NCBI GenBank assembly: GCA_964234715.1
Contig: OZ174276.1
Direction: 5' to 3' (one strand)
Length of the DNA: 64,000 nt
Origin: Podarcis melisellensis
Taxonomy: Eukaryota
Every line of letters begins with the position of its first letter. The stretch's first letter is position 1. A program made the translations under genes and the position numbers. This document shows, piece by piece, positions 63,250 to 64,000 of this stretch. Below the pieces are notes generated by a model. It saw nothing but the letters and a program-made list of their open reading frames with translations, made no database searches and was not told the DNA's origin.

Positions 63250-63347
63250 GTGACTTCACTGGGATCTATAGCACAGCACTGTCAGAGCACTGCTGGGCAG
63301 CAGACAGCCAGAGGGTTGTGCTGGACACAATTCAACGTAGCAGGCAG
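63250..63347 (+). CDS. APEH: APEH exon 12
   Basis: cttacag|GDFTGIYSTALSEHCWAADSQRVVLDTIQRSRQ|gtaaga. Confidence 0.95.
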
Positions 63348-63608
63348 GTAAGAACAAAGTGTAGAGTACCTTGAGCTTCAGACTGAAGCCAGGGGTAGTT
63401 CGGGCAAACTAAGCACAAAGGGCACCAATCAAAGGCTTTATCTGGCACAGGGCAAATTGAATCAGCACATCTAATATCTTTAAGCTTCATGGGGATCTCA
63501 CATTGATCCACATAACAAAGCAGAGGATTATAGCACCATCTGAACATTTGGCTCTTTCCAAATAGTGTGGTGGAGAAGGGATTGTTGTGCAAATCTTGCA
63601 GAACCTTG

Positions 63609-63611
<3 letters not shown>

Positions 63612-63655
<44 letters not shown>
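63612..63655. repeat. (GT)22 microsatellite
   Basis: Direct read. Confidence 0.98.
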
Positions 63656-63656
<1 letters not shown>

Positions 63657-63752
63657 TCCCCATTGATGAATTGCAGGACAGCTTGTTGTGTGAGAAGGTG
63701 CTTTCTGGAAGCAACTGAGAGTAGATCTCTCTCATGCTGTCTTTTCCTCTAG

Positions 63753-63804
63753 GAACTGATTGTAGTTGATACAGTGTCCGGCAGTGTGTGCTCTCTGACC
63801 AAGG
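63753..63804 (+). CDS. APEH: APEH exon 13; gene continues beyond the window
   Basis: cctctag|ELIVVDTVSGSVCSLTK G|gtaagt. The catalytic S9 peptidase domain is not yet reached. Confidence 0.92.
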
Positions 63805-64000
63805 GTAAGTAGCAAACTCCATAACTTGGCCCTCCATAATTAGTTCCTTCCAGTAACTGCAGTCTGTTCTGTATCCTGCCACTGCAATCCTCTGATCTTC
63901 TGGCAGAAGTGAGTCCTAATTTGTTTAATCTGTTTGGGGCAAAGCTATTCCAAGAGAACAGACAAGCCATCCTGCAGTCTGTTGTTCAGGGAGTTCTTCA

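Overview
This is vertebrate genomic DNA, not prokaryotic. The repeat content (a Sauria-type SINE, lizard-type hAT and Tc1/mariner MITEs, Penelope remnants) points to a squamate, probably a lacertid lizard; that assignment is inference. The window holds two + strand protein-coding genes in the BSN-APEH order known from human 3p21. (1) The 3' part of BSN (Bassoon, presynaptic active-zone scaffold): seven coding exons matching mammalian exons 4-10 (9778-39633), including a 6858-bp giant exon, then two predicted non-coding 3'-UTR exons ending near AATAAA 47782. (2) The CpG-island promoter and first 13 coding exons of APEH (acylaminoacyl-peptide hydrolase, 53301-63804), which continues past the window. 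All coding exons were joined by hand through GT-AG sites with consistent phases. Exon numbering follows the mammalian orthologues as recalled. The best leads are: an 81-bp-arm palindrome in APEH intron 3 with a minimal Penelope-type hammerhead ribozyme on each strand; predicted 3'-UTR introns that would make BSN mRNA a nonsense-mediated decay (NMD) substrate; an RBFOX motif cluster in short BSN intron 6; a second array of LC8-type xQT motifs in Bassoon; and a MITE nested in a MITE nested in a SINE. Most short ORFs in the supplied track are spurious.
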